Notes: generated from the sequence alone by a model not told the origin. Positions 31,074 through 38,948 are shown, counted from the first letter of the stretch. The stretch: DNA of 64,000 nt from an uncultured Candidatus Saccharibacteria bacterium (GCA_964410185.1 CAYPFM010000003.1:85534-149533), one strand, 5' to 3'. Translations and numbers: made by a program.

Positions 31074-31093
31074 GCGTTAACTATAGCAAATTG
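31074..31093 (-). promoter_or_regulatory. Conserved leaderless extended -10 promoter motif, copy 1 (TTTGCTATAGTTAACGC-ATG)
   Basis: The plus strand reads cat-gcgTTAACTATAGCAAA. This is TGcTATAGT followed by a 6-nt spacer that abuts the ATG. Confidence 0.55.
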
Positions 31094-31128
31094 GGCACGC
31101 TTGTTTGAATCGGCGTACACTTAATACC

Positions 31129-31586
31129 ATGAACGACCACCTAAAGTCCTGGCTGTTTGTACTCACCCAAGCTGTGCTACTTGTTTTGCTGATATTTTTT
31201 GCCAAGGGCACTCCCCCCCACCACCTGCGGTAAATCTGCTTGGTAAGGTCATCCAAGTAATTGGTTGGGCAATATTACTGGTCTCGTTTTATGACCTACG
31301 GAAGTCGCTCACAGCGCTGCCGATGCCAACAAAACGTGGTGTGCTGCAAGTTCATGGTTTGTACAAATTCGTGCGGCACCCCATGTACGTGGGCGTGCTG
31401 ACTTTGTCGCTAGGAATCGCCATGTCCGGTGGTGGCTTTTTCAAATACGCGCTGGTGCTGGCACTGTATATCTTGTTTCGTTTTAAGGCTCGGTATGAAG
31501 AAACTTTATTGATCGCTAAATATCCGGACTACAAAGCCTACATGCACAAAACCGGCCGCTTTATACCGCGGCCGCCCAAGCACTAA
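31129..31586 (+). pseudogene. Isoprenylcysteine carboxyl methyltransferase (ICMT/PEMT)-family membrane methyltransferase, frameshifted in a C7 tract
   Basis: Frame 1 gives MNDHLKSWLFVLTQAVLLVLLIFFAKGTPPHHLR-stop. In the -1 frame, ...PPPPAVNLLGKVIQVIGWAILLVSFYDLRKS...VRHPMYVGVLTL...EETLL continues through the track ORF 31323..31586. A single extra C in the CCCCCCC run (about 31212-31218) would restore one roughly 152-aa ORF. Confidence 0.5.
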
Positions 31587-31843
31587 ACATCGTAAGTGAC
31601 CTGGACGTGATTTTTGTTGATACCGTTGACGAGGTTGGTGTAGCCCATACTTCTTAATATGTTGATTGAAGCGTTGGAACGGCTGCCCGATAGGCAGTAG
31701 ACCACCAGTTCGGTGTCCTTGGGAGCGCCTTCTAGCGCTTTAGCACCAGCCATTAGCTCTGATGGCGGAATGTTGATGGCTCCCTGTACGTGGCCAGTGG
31801 CGAACTCGTCCGGTTCGCGGACGTCGATGAATAGTCTTTGCAT
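31583..31843 (-). CDS. Rhodanese-domain sulfurtransferase (single domain)
   Basis: 86 aa with the active-site loop VYCLSGSRS and the DVREPDEF motif. Promoter motif copy 2 lies directly upstream. Confidence 0.75.
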   Translation of the reverse strand: MQRLFIDVREPDEFATGHVQGAINIPPSELMAGAKALEGAPKDTELVVYCLSGSRSNASINILRSMGYTNLVNGINKNHVQVTYDV

Positions 31844-31863
31844 AGCTTAACTATAGCAAACCT
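31844..31863 (-). promoter_or_regulatory. Conserved leaderless promoter motif, copy 2 (TTTGCTATAGTTAAGCT-ATG)
   Basis: Plus strand: cat-agcTTAACTATAGCAAA. Confidence 0.55.
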
Positions 31864-31895
31864 TGATCAACGCGACATGCTATGATGTTGGTAAT

Positions 31896-32231
31896 ATGGC
31901 TTTGATTATTGCACTCCCGCTGCTTGCCTTCACTATTGCTGGCCTGTTTGTAGGGCGCATGCTGCCACCAAAAACACAGCGAATTATTATCATTACGCTC
32001 TCCTTACTGCTGGCCATCGCTCACTTTTATCTGGCTGGCCAGCAGCTGAGCACCACTGGCTTTATCGCCCGCCAAAGGAACCCCGACTACTTTGCCTACT
32101 ACACTGGCTACGGTTTGGCCGCGGCTGGACTACTGAACGTAGCGGTCTGCTTTAAAAGCCGGCTAGTCAGTGGCGTTTTGCTAGCCGCAATGATTGTGTT
32201 GCTGCCGGTATTCTATTTAGCTACTTGGTAA
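31896..32231 (+). CDS. Hypothetical small membrane protein (3-4 TM)
   Basis: Hydrophobic ORF. The start is uncertain (the track ORF begins at 31863). Confidence 0.4.
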   Translation: MALIIALPLLAFTIAGLFVGRMLPPKTQRIIIITLSLLLAIAHFYLAGQQLSTTGFIARQRNPDYFAYYTGYGLAAAGLLNVAVCFKSRLVSGVLLAAMIVLLPVFYLATW

Positions 32232-32289
32232 CTTGGCTTCCAAATAACTTCGATGGACTTTTTGGTGTCATCAAACTACGGCACTAATC

Positions 32290-32317
32290 AAAAAAGCAGC
32301 CTTTGCTGCTTTTTTGT
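32290..32317. terminator. Bidirectional rho-independent terminator
   Basis: AAAAAAGCAGC-cttt-GCTGCTTTTTT: a perfect 6-bp GC-rich hairpin flanked by an A-run and a T-run. Confidence 0.6.
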
Positions 32318-32341
32318 GGTATCTCAGTTTTGCAACTAAGT

Positions 32342-32371
32342 TTGCGAACCAGATCGTACCAATAATATAAT
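32342..32371 (+). promoter_or_regulatory. Sigma70-like promoter upstream of the tRNA-like gene
   Basis: TTGCGA-N18-TATAAT. The predicted TSS is about 90 nt upstream of the tRNA-like element. Confidence 0.45.
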
Positions 32372-32468
32372 CTGTTCAGCGTTTGATTTCAAGTATTCTC
32401 GCGCGAGTTAAGAAGCATTTAATAATCATTCGATACGATACATATGCCTGGTGCTTGGTTTACCCGCC

Positions 32469-32541
32469 GGGGGTACAGACTGGTGTCGCGATTGGGTTTG
32501 CGAGCCAGATCGGCCGGGTTCGATTCCCGGTGCCTCCACCA
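32469..32541 (+). tRNA. tRNA-Ala(UGC)-like gene with an atypical, shortened D-arm (possibly degenerate)
   Basis: The acceptor strands GGGGGUA and UGCCUCC pair over 7 bp and include a G3.U70 wobble. The anticodon loop is UUUGCGA (UGC). The T-arm is canonical, CCGGG-UUCGAUU-CCCGG. The discriminator is A and CCA is encoded. The D-region is only about 13 nt and the 31-39 pair is G-G. An 8-bp leader/trailer complementarity GCCUGGUG...CACCAGGC flanks the element. Confidence 0.5.
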
Positions 32542-32559
32542 GGCGAAATCGTTAACTTT

Positions 32560-32579
32560 CGCAGCCCAACTATAGCAAA
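32560..32579 (-). promoter_or_regulatory. Orphan copy of the conserved promoter motif (TTTGCTATAGTTGGG, no ATG downstream), overlapping the stop codon of the 32570..33775 gene and abutting the tRNA-like 3' end
   Basis: Plus strand: gcagcCCAACTATAGCAAActgcg. The CTATAG core carries the TAG stop of the metallopeptidase-like gene. On the minus strand it points antisense into the tRNA-like element. Confidence 0.3.
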
Positions 32580-33775
32580 CTGCGCACAAAGCCTGGTATT
32601 GCCTCAGTCGCTTCGTCATATTCGGCGTCGGCCATGAGGTTGCCGAGCTCTGTGAGCACATTACGTCCCGGGAATGCGCGAGCTAATTGGCGCTTGAGCT
32701 TGCGCTGGGCCGTCTGTCGCCGGCTGGTTGAATCTTCAAAGTAGGCGTTTATAAACAGTTTTATGTCGACGGGCTTCTTACCGCCGTTACAGAGGACATT
32801 CAGCAATTCCCGTTCTGGACGATAGGAACTCAACAGGTGGCGCTGTGATTCAGGATCGACAGTTTGTATGTCCGAACCGTAATAGCCCATGTTTAAGGCG
32901 ACGTGCTCGGTGACGGCTTCGTTGAGGGCCTGGCCAGCATTCTTGTGATCCTTATCAAATAAGCGATACAGTCCATGGTGTATGACGTCATCACCAAATC
33001 GACCTTGGTCGTTCTTGCCCGGCAGTTCAACCCCCACCATCACGTGCGTCAACTCATGCGCAATCGTTTTGGGAAATGAATATTGTGGCAGAAAGACCTC
33101 TTTTGACGAACCGTTTCGGTGCGTACTGGTGAATGCTGATGCGCCGTTTTCGTGCAGAAGCAAGCCGTCATCCATCGTGATATTAATATGTTCTAGTGTT
33201 TCAATTCGTTCTGGTTTGAGCACGGCTTCGGGCATCCAACCCTCTCTTGTCGCCTGTTTTAGATTACGGACATACTCACGTTTATGCCAAGGCCACTCCT
33301 GGTCCATAAAGCGCTGGCGGTTTGCTGCTACCTGCCAACTATGCCATTGCAAAAAGTTTAACAGGGCATCGTCTGCAACTGCTGGCGTTCCATCCGGATT
33401 GGCTTGGGCTAAGCGCTCAATAGCCAAGTGGCTATATTCAACCCCTAGTATATTCATTAAAAACTCTGGTACTTTGGTCTGCACCAAATCGAAACTGACT
33501 CGGGATAGTTGTTTTGGCTCAACTTCAGCCAGACGGTTGCGCACTTCCTGCAGATAATGTGTCATGCTCGTTTCAGCTGGCGGCAACTCATAATCCAGCC
33601 AGGGTTCAGCATCAACGAGAATGACCGCTCTGGCCAAATCACCTTGGACAGCAAACTGACCAATGGTATTACAAGAGTCCGGTGCGAACTCAGCTTCTAG
33701 CGCCTCGCACCGGGCGTCAAACTGCGCGTGTAACTCTATAGGGATTCCGTCTTCGACCGAAGTAGACATCCACAT
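32570..33775 (-). CDS. Putative zinc-dependent metallopeptidase (HExxH)
   Basis: 401 aa with the motif AHELTHVMVG. TAAAAT lies directly adjacent to the ATG, so the true start may be the second ATG (MSTSVED). Confidence 0.5.
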   Translation of the reverse strand: MWMSTSVEDGIPIELHAQFDARCEALEAEFAPDSCNTIGQFAVQGDLARAVILVDAEPWLDYELPPAETSMTHYLQEVRNRLAEVEPKQLSRVSFDLVQTKVPEFLMNILGVEYSHLAIERLAQANPDGTPAVADDALLNFLQWHSWQVAANRQRFMDQEWPWHKREYVRNLKQATREGWMPEAVLKPERIETLEHINITMDDGLLLHENGASAFTSTHRNGSSKEVFLPQYSFPKTIAHELTHVMVGVELPGKNDQGRFGDDVIHHGLYRLFDKDHKNAGQALNEAVTEHVALNMGYYGSDIQTVDPESQRHLLSSYRPERELLNVLCNGGKKPVDIKLFINAYFEDSTSRRQTAQRKLKRQLARAFPGRNVLTELGNLMADAEYDEATEAIPGFVRSLL

Positions 33776-33908
33776 ATTTTAGCATGTTTTGGGGTTTTTG
33801 TCGAGGGTTACTGCAGTAAAATCTTTACTGACCGGGCAGGACGTCTAGCCACAAACTTTGTATTTTTACGAGTTTTGTTGTATTATATACCGAAGTATAG
33901 ATTTATTT

Positions 33909-35060
33909 ATGATTAAAGTTGACACCCTCCAAACCCTGGCGCAACATCTTGATTTTGAGTTTAATCCAGATGTGTGTGCTGTTTCTAAGCCAAATTGGGC
34001 AAGTCGCTACCCAAGAGCTGCAATTGCTGAAGTTGGCGAGACGCGCTATGCCGATTTTGTTGTCGAGCCCCACAAACGGCCAAGCTACAGCCCCGACCGC
34101 GTCAGTGGTGTGGTTGAGGAAAACCTCGATTGGCAAGAGGAACAGGAATGGGCTAACGAAGCGGAGCCAGATGACGCGCATGATAAAACGCTCCATGGTT
34201 TGATTGAAGATCGCAAGGGCTACATTGCGCTGTACTCGGAATACAACGCGCTCGATAATCTTTACAGTTTTGAGTTAGTAAACGGTGCGAACGGTGCCAA
34301 TGCCGTACACCAGCTGCTTGGGCGAACCCCCAGCGTTGACATACCAGAATACGTGACAAGCAAGGCCAACCTGAATCCAAGCGGAATTTTTACTGCCGGC
34401 CAAATTACAGAAAATATTGCCGAAATGAAGATGCTGGTTCCGAATGTTAATGACTTCTACTTTACTAGACATGACCTTGGCACGGGAGGCTTTTATCATG
34501 GGCCGTCTTGGCCTAACACGACCCCTGTCATTTACCGCCACCTGTCGAAGGTGGCGCAAGACGTCGTTAAAGAAAACGGTGGACGCATCCATTGCACGGA
34601 AGCCGTGGCTGGTGGCGATGCTCGTCCGCAAGAGGTCGTTGTCATCGCCAAAGCTCTCGACGACTTAATTGCCCGCGTCAAACCAAGCATTGATGCGTTG
34701 GCAGTTGCAGAACTTCGTATCCGCGACGGTCGCTATGACACAGTCAGTGATGCCGAAATTGCCCACAAACTCCTTTGGAGTGCCTTCGGCCGGGCCCGTA
34801 CCAGCCAATCACGCATCGGCAAAAACTTGCTTGCGGTCACGCCAGAGACTCCCGACAGTGAGCGGGACCGTCGTGGCTACTGGATTGGCATGCAACTCGA
34901 GGCCGGCGTGATTGACACCAGACTGGCCCTGCACGAAGTCCGCCCCCACCCCGAAGCCACCGACGCCCAAACCCTCCGAGCACTCAACATCTTGCACATA
35001 CTCAAGACCGAATACGACCGCCGCTTTGCCGACAACAAAGACCAGTTATTAGTGGCGTAA
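33909..35060 (+). CDS. Hypothetical protein (about 383 aa); the only plus-strand gene in the cassette region
   Basis: Intact ORF. TATAGA-N7-ATG at MIKVDTL suggests a leaderless start. No recognised domain. Confidence 0.45.
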   Translation: MIKVDTLQTLAQHLDFEFNPDVCAVSKPNWASRYPRAAIAEVGETRYADFVVEPHKRPSYSPDRVSGVVEENLDWQEEQEWANEAEPDDAHDKTLHGLIEDRKGYIALYSEYNALDNLYSFELVNGANGANAVHQLLGRTPSVDIPEYVTSKANLNPSGIFTAGQITENIAEMKMLVPNVNDFYFTRHDLGTGGFYHGPSWPNTTPVIYRHLSKVAQDVVKENGGRIHCTEAVAGGDARPQEVVVIAKALDDLIARVKPSIDALAVAELRIRDGRYDTVSDAEIAHKLLWSAFGRARTSQSRIGKNLLAVTPETPDSERDRRGYWIGMQLEAGVIDTRLALHEVRPHPEATDAQTLRALNILHILKTEYDRRFADNKDQLLVA

Positions 35061-35126
35061 GGCTCATGGGTTACCTACCATATTACTACCAGGGCATTCT
35101 AGGATTATTAAATCGTCCTGTAGCCG

Positions 35127-35513
35127 TTACTGCCGTTCAATCAATAACTTCAACTTGTTCAACGCTTCCATGGTCAGCGGATTCGTGAGCTCGCCAACTT
35201 CGACCCACTCGGTATATTGCAGTTCGGTGGCGCTATCACCCTTGGGTGTATAGATGTACTCAACGCGGTAGTCACCTGTCGACTGGGTTAGTTCAAACAA
35301 CTCGTTGAGCTTGAACCGAGTAACCTCGTAGTCAGTCCAGCCGCCGCTGTGGCCACGGTTCTTGTATTTGGTGCCAAGCCGTACCGGCCACTCGCTAGTT
35401 TGCTCCTCTGCCATGGTGCTAATCCAAGCCGGCGTGTTCGCCGGATTGATTGAAGCCTCAAAAACCTCGGCAATCGGCTTGTTGATAATGACGGTGAGAG
35501 TTTTCTTGTTCAT
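35127..35513 (-). CDS. SRPBCC (Bet v1/polyketide-cyclase-like) domain protein
   Basis: 128-aa pattern with N-terminal beta strands and a C-terminal helix. The call is weak. Promoter motif copy 3 is directly upstream. Confidence 0.45.
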   Translation of the reverse strand: MNKKTLTVIINKPIAEVFEASINPANTPAWISTMAEEQTSEWPVRLGTKYKNRGHSGGWTDYEVTRFKLNELFELTQSTGDYRVEYIYTPKGDSATELQYTEWVEVGELTNPLTMEALNKLKLLIERQ

Positions 35514-35533
35514 AGCTTAACTATAGCACCCCT
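35514..35533 (-). promoter_or_regulatory. Conserved leaderless promoter motif, copy 3 (GGTGCTATAGTTAAGCT-ATG)
   Basis: Plus strand: cat-agcTTAACTATAGCAcc. Confidence 0.5.
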
Positions 35534-36419
35534 AGTTGCCCATAGCCTCAACGCCGAGTTTGATGTAGTGATCTCGGTAGCGCCGGCCGCGGACGGCGTG
35601 CCAGGTGGCGCAGGCACCACAGACCCAGGCGATGGCTCGGTACATATTCTGCAGCTCTTCGGCGCTAAGTGGATGTGTTGCTTTAGAATCGTAGCCCTTG
35701 GCAAGACCAGCAACTACCTCCTCGGCAGCAAAGTCCGAGTTAAACCGGATTGACGTGTAGGTGCGGCCCAAGTCGATGATGCGCGCTGTTCGTTCGGCGG
35801 TTTCTAGGTCGAATACGGCCGTCACGGTGCCGTCTTCGGCAAAAATATTGCTGAGCCATAGATCACCATGAATAATTGCCTCCGGTAGCCCCAGCTCAAA
35901 AATTTTGGAGCCGTAGTCGACCATTTTGGTAAGCACGTCTTTGGTTTCACCGTCGTATGGGTCAAGGTCGGCATGCACTTTTTTGGGGCTCAGCCACTGC
36001 ATGTCGTTTTCGGGCACAGTCATGCCATCCAAACAGTCGTGCAGCATCGCAAGCATTGCGCCTAAACTTTGTATCAGGGTTGGCGTCACCTTCCGTGGTG
36101 TGCTCCCGGGGATGTATTTACTAAGCAAGAACTTCTCGTCATGGTGTTGGCCAACATGGTTGCCAGGGGTAATCTCCAGGTATTCCGGCGTACGGAGGCC
36201 AGCCGCCAGCATGCGTTGCTGCATCTGAACTTCGCCGGCGATGGCCTCGGGGTGCTGCTCATTAAGTATCTTTAGAAAGTAGTGTTCCCCATCTGACGTC
36301 GTAATATCAAACACCTCATTCAAAAACGCCTCGGTACTTTTCGTGGCAGTCACCACATCAGCATCCGAGTATTCATGAAACAAGTTGTTGAGTCGCGAGA
36401 GGTCTGTCATTTGAGTCAA
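35532..36419 (-). CDS. Aminoglycoside/choline-kinase-family phosphotransferase (APH-like)
   Basis: Brenner motif IIHGDLWLSNIF and a DFG-like VFDLETA..IIDLG. The substrate cannot be called. Confidence 0.65.
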   Translation of the reverse strand: MTQMTDLSRLNNLFHEYSDADVVTATKSTEAFLNEVFDITTSDGEHYFLKILNEQHPEAIAGEVQMQQRMLAAGLRTPEYLEITPGNHVGQHHDEKFLLSKYIPGSTPRKVTPTLIQSLGAMLAMLHDCLDGMTVPENDMQWLSPKKVHADLDPYDGETKDVLTKMVDYGSKIFELGLPEAIIHGDLWLSNIFAEDGTVTAVFDLETAERTARIIDLGRTYTSIRFNSDFAAEEVVAGLAKGYDSKATHPLSAEELQNMYRAIAWVCGACATWHAVRGRRYRDHYIKLGVEAMGN

Positions 36420-36439
36420 TTATAGCAGGGCGTGCCCAT
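36420..36439 (-). promoter_or_regulatory. Degenerate copy of the leaderless promoter motif, copy 4 (CCTGCTATAATTGACTCAA-ATG)
   Basis: Plus strand: cat-ttgagtcaATTATAGCAgg. The -10 box is TATAAT. Confidence 0.4.
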
Positions 36440-36478
36440 CAGCCACCGCCGGAGGTTAGCAGTAACTCCTTAGCGTAC

Positions 36479-37036
36479 CTACAACCCCAGTCGTTCCTTA
36501 ATAACCTGCACCACTTCCGGGAACTCGGTTTTTTCGTAGTCGCCACCAAAGTGGCCTTTGTCGGTATACTCGCGGTAATCGGTCTTTAGTTGTTCGTGAA
36601 TGTGACGGGCTTCGGCAATTGGTATCCACGGATCGTCGGTCGAGGCAAACTGCACAATCCAGTTTTGGTTGGCCTTAATTTTTTGCCATTGCCAGGGGCG
36701 GTTGTAGTAGCCGCTGGCTTTTTCGTCTTTATCGCCAAGGTCGGTATGGCAGGCGCCAATCAGAATTGATCCATACAGGTGATGGTTTTCGGCATAACGC
36801 ATAGCCGCCACCGCACCCGAGGAGTGTCCAATAATAATGGTGTTTTCGTCGGCATGCAGTACGTCGTCTAAATACGGCAGCCACTCGCTTTCGCGAGCCA
36901 GCATATTATCGGGCATAGTTGGCGTGGCAACTTTAAGGCCCAGCTTTTCGAGCTCCCGCTTGACGCGCGGGAACCACAGTCCATCGCCTGTGCCGCCGCC
37001 GTTGCCATGAATGAGGATTACTTTGGGTAGTTTCAT
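36479..37036 (-). CDS. Alpha/beta hydrolase, YdeN/RBBP9-like serine hydrolase
   Basis: GHSSG nucleophile elbow, DPW and GHF motifs. A paralog sits at 45277..45819. Confidence 0.7.
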   Translation of the reverse strand: MKLPKVILIHGNGGGTGDGLWFPRVKRELEKLGLKVATPTMPDNMLARESEWLPYLDDVLHADENTIIIGHSSGAVAAMRYAENHHLYGSILIGACHTDLGDKDEKASGYYNRPWQWQKIKANQNWIVQFASTDDPWIPIAEARHIHEQLKTDYREYTDKGHFGGDYEKTEFPEVVQVIKERLGL

Positions 37037-37056
37037 AGGTTAACTATAACAAAAAA
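37037..37056 (-). promoter_or_regulatory. Conserved leaderless promoter motif, copy 5 (TTTGTTATAGTTAACCT-ATG)
   Basis: Plus strand: cat-aggTTAACTATAACAAA. Confidence 0.5.
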
Positions 37057-37064
37057 CCGTAACT

Positions 37065-37448
37065 TCAACTTTCATTCTTGAATGGCTGCACGGCTTGCTG
37101 CAGTTCCTCTAAAGAATTATAGCGAGCGTGGTCGAGCAGCACCGGCGCAAATTCTTTAAAAATGGCCGTTTCTTCGTCCTCGGTCACAAACAGATAAAAC
37201 TTGTGCTCCTTGCCACCAGTAACGTCAGGGCGAGCCACTTGAAAGTAGCCAAAGATGTCGCCATCTTCGCCAACAAAGACATCCAGAGGATGGCCGTCTT
37301 CGCCGGTGAAGCCGTCGATGTCGCCATAGCTTACCGGATATGTCACGCCCTTCAGTGGATACGGATCACCTTCGGCGACCTGAAAGTCCTTATATTCGCC
37401 GGGCTGTTTTTCGAGTCGAAATGTATTGAAAGGTTCGGGGAGTTTCAT
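37065..37448 (-). CDS. Hypothetical protein with inorganic-pyrophosphatase-like acidic motif
   Basis: 127 aa. DGHPLDVFVGEDGD resembles the PPase DGDPLDVLV motif, but the protein is too short for a full PPase. Confidence 0.4.
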   Translation of the reverse strand: MKLPEPFNTFRLEKQPGEYKDFQVAEGDPYPLKGVTYPVSYGDIDGFTGEDGHPLDVFVGEDGDIFGYFQVARPDVTGGKEHKFYLFVTEDEETAIFKEFAPVLLDHARYNSLEELQQAVQPFKNES

Positions 37449-37468
37449 GGGTTAACTATAGCAAACAG
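37449..37468 (-). promoter_or_regulatory. Conserved leaderless promoter motif, copy 6 (TTTGCTATAGTTAACCC-ATG)
   Basis: Plus strand: cat-gggTTAACTATAGCAAA. Confidence 0.55.
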
Positions 37469-37478
37469 GTGTTCCGAC

Positions 37479-38147
37479 CTACCTGTTAACTAACTTTCCA
37501 CCCTCAATAATAATCGGCTCGCTACCGATCGTATAAACCTCGTCGCCATCCACAACTACCGCGTTATCATCACGCAAGCCATAAACTTTACCCTCAAACG
37601 TACCAACAGCCTCAATGAGGCTTTCCTTGCGATTAGGAAAATATGGTGAATCGAGATGCGGCATGACCGAGAGGTTAACGAGGCCGGTGTAGTCGGAGAT
37701 ATCGTATTTACTGTCTTCGTCGTAGATCAGCCGATAGGCTGCTTCGGATATACGTTTGCCGGCGACCATCGAGCCAGCGCTGCTGCCGACGTAAACCTTC
37801 GTCTCCAGAAGCTTAGGTAGCAGCTTATCAAAACCGGTTTTTTGGTAGATAGTCATTAGATAGTCGGTGTCGCCACCAATCACAAAGATAACGTCTTTGT
37901 CGGCCAATCGCTCTTCAACTTCTGTAATAGAAAGTGCCAGCAAGTCGACGATATCTAGCTCGGCTGGAAAGTTCTTGGCAACTGAGTTGAGGTTATCTAG
38001 CACCCAACGTTTATCGCCCCGTTCAACGGCAAAAGCTTCGTTGATAATGCCCACGCTAATTTGGTCTTGCGGTTTACCAACCAGCTTAACGCAGGCCTCA
38101 ACGGTATTTGAAGTATGAAAGCCTTCGGAGCAGAGTACGAACTTCAT
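37479..38147 (-). CDS. Peptidase S51 family (dipeptidase E / cyanophycinase-like)
   Basis: GGDTDYLM and the GSSAGSMV nucleophile motif. Confidence 0.7.
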   Translation of the reverse strand: MKFVLCSEGFHTSNTVEACVKLVGKPQDQISVGIINEAFAVERGDKRWVLDNLNSVAKNFPAELDIVDLLALSITEVEERLADKDVIFVIGGDTDYLMTIYQKTGFDKLLPKLLETKVYVGSSAGSMVAGKRISEAAYRLIYDEDSKYDISDYTGLVNLSVMPHLDSPYFPNRKESLIEAVGTFEGKVYGLRDDNAVVVDGDEVYTIGSEPIIIEGGKLVNR

Positions 38148-38167
38148 AGGTTAACTATAGCAAATAA
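38148..38167 (-). promoter_or_regulatory. Conserved leaderless promoter motif, copy 7 (TTTGCTATAGTTAACCT-ATG)
   Basis: Plus strand: cat-aggTTAACTATAGCAAA. Confidence 0.55.
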
Positions 38168-38195
38168 TCACCGGGCCTGCCCTGCTACCCGCCAC

Positions 38196-38948
38196 CTAAG
38201 ACTTATGCAAACTTGCGTACTCAGTGGTCAACTCGCCATTCGAGAGGTTGGCTTTGGTTTTTTCAGAAACCTGGTTCTCTTTACCCTTAACTCGTTTGTG
38301 AACCTCTAGGATTGGCGTTCCAGTTAACTTAATACCTCTGAACGTAAAGTTACCCTTACTGTCAGTTTTTGCTCGTTTTATCTTTTTGCCATTAACTGCC
38401 AGAACTACTTCCGCGTTTGGTGAATACTGACCCCAGACATCGTATTTATCTTTTTTCTTAGTTTTGCCGATACCTGTTAGCTTGGCTTGAGGACGAATTC
38501 GGATACCTTTTACGATTATCTTATCTGTTGCAACTGAAGCAATCTCGGTTTTTAGAAAAAGACGTGAAACTTCTTTGCCGTCGTTGTACGTTACTTTGGC
38601 ATGGTTACGCTTTACGCCATTTTGGCCTTCGGTTTTTACTTTGGAGTAGTCGTCGTATTCGTGGCTATCATATTCTGTTCGTGTATTGAATGCGAGTGGT
38701 TGGTCTTCCGTAACCTCAGCCTCGGTGACCACGGGTTTCGCTGGAGCAACTGGTGTACTTTGCTCGGAAACATCTGGGCATTCAGAGGTATAGCCCAAAT
38801 CTCCACAAACATAGCTGCCAGTATCACTGGGGCAGGAATGCCATCGATGACACCCGCTCCGGTGAGCGCTTGCCGACGCAACATTTATCGTCAATAAACC
38901 AAATAGGATTGAAAGGGTCCCGAGCCCAACCAGCATCACGCGCTTCAT
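38196..38948 (-). CDS. Secreted protein with Cys/His-rich N-terminal motif and C-terminal Ig-like domain
   Basis: Signal peptide MKRVMLVGLGTLSILFGLLTINVASA, then HRSGCHRWHSCPSDTGSYVCGDLGYTSECPD, and a C-terminal TDSKGNFTF Big-like strand pattern. TATACT-N6-ATG suggests a leaderless start. Confidence 0.5.
   Translation of the reverse strand: MKRVMLVGLGTLSILFGLLTINVASASAHRSGCHRWHSCPSDTGSYVCGDLGYTSECPDVSEQSTPVAPAKPVVTEAEVTEDQPLAFNTRTEYDSHEYDDYSKVKTEGQNGVKRNHAKVTYNDGKEVSRLFLKTEIASVATDKIIVKGIRIRPQAKLTGIGKTKKKDKYDVWGQYSPNAEVVLAVNGKKIKRAKTDSKGNFTFRGIKLTGTPILEVHKRVKGKENQVSEKTKANLSNGELTTEYASLHKS

Noticed and set aside
32446-32545. The 100-nt element with 8-bp terminal complementarity considered as a tRNA-Sec or long-variable-arm tRNA, or as the tRNA-like domain of a tmRNA
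   Set aside because: With the 8-bp stem as acceptor, the T-arm would be separated from the 3' acceptor strand by 6 extra nucleotides, so it cannot be a tRNA-Sec or long-arm tRNA. There is a genuine anticodon arm and the whole element is only about 70-100 nt. That fits a tRNA-Ala-like gene with leader/trailer pairing better than a roughly 350-nt tmRNA.
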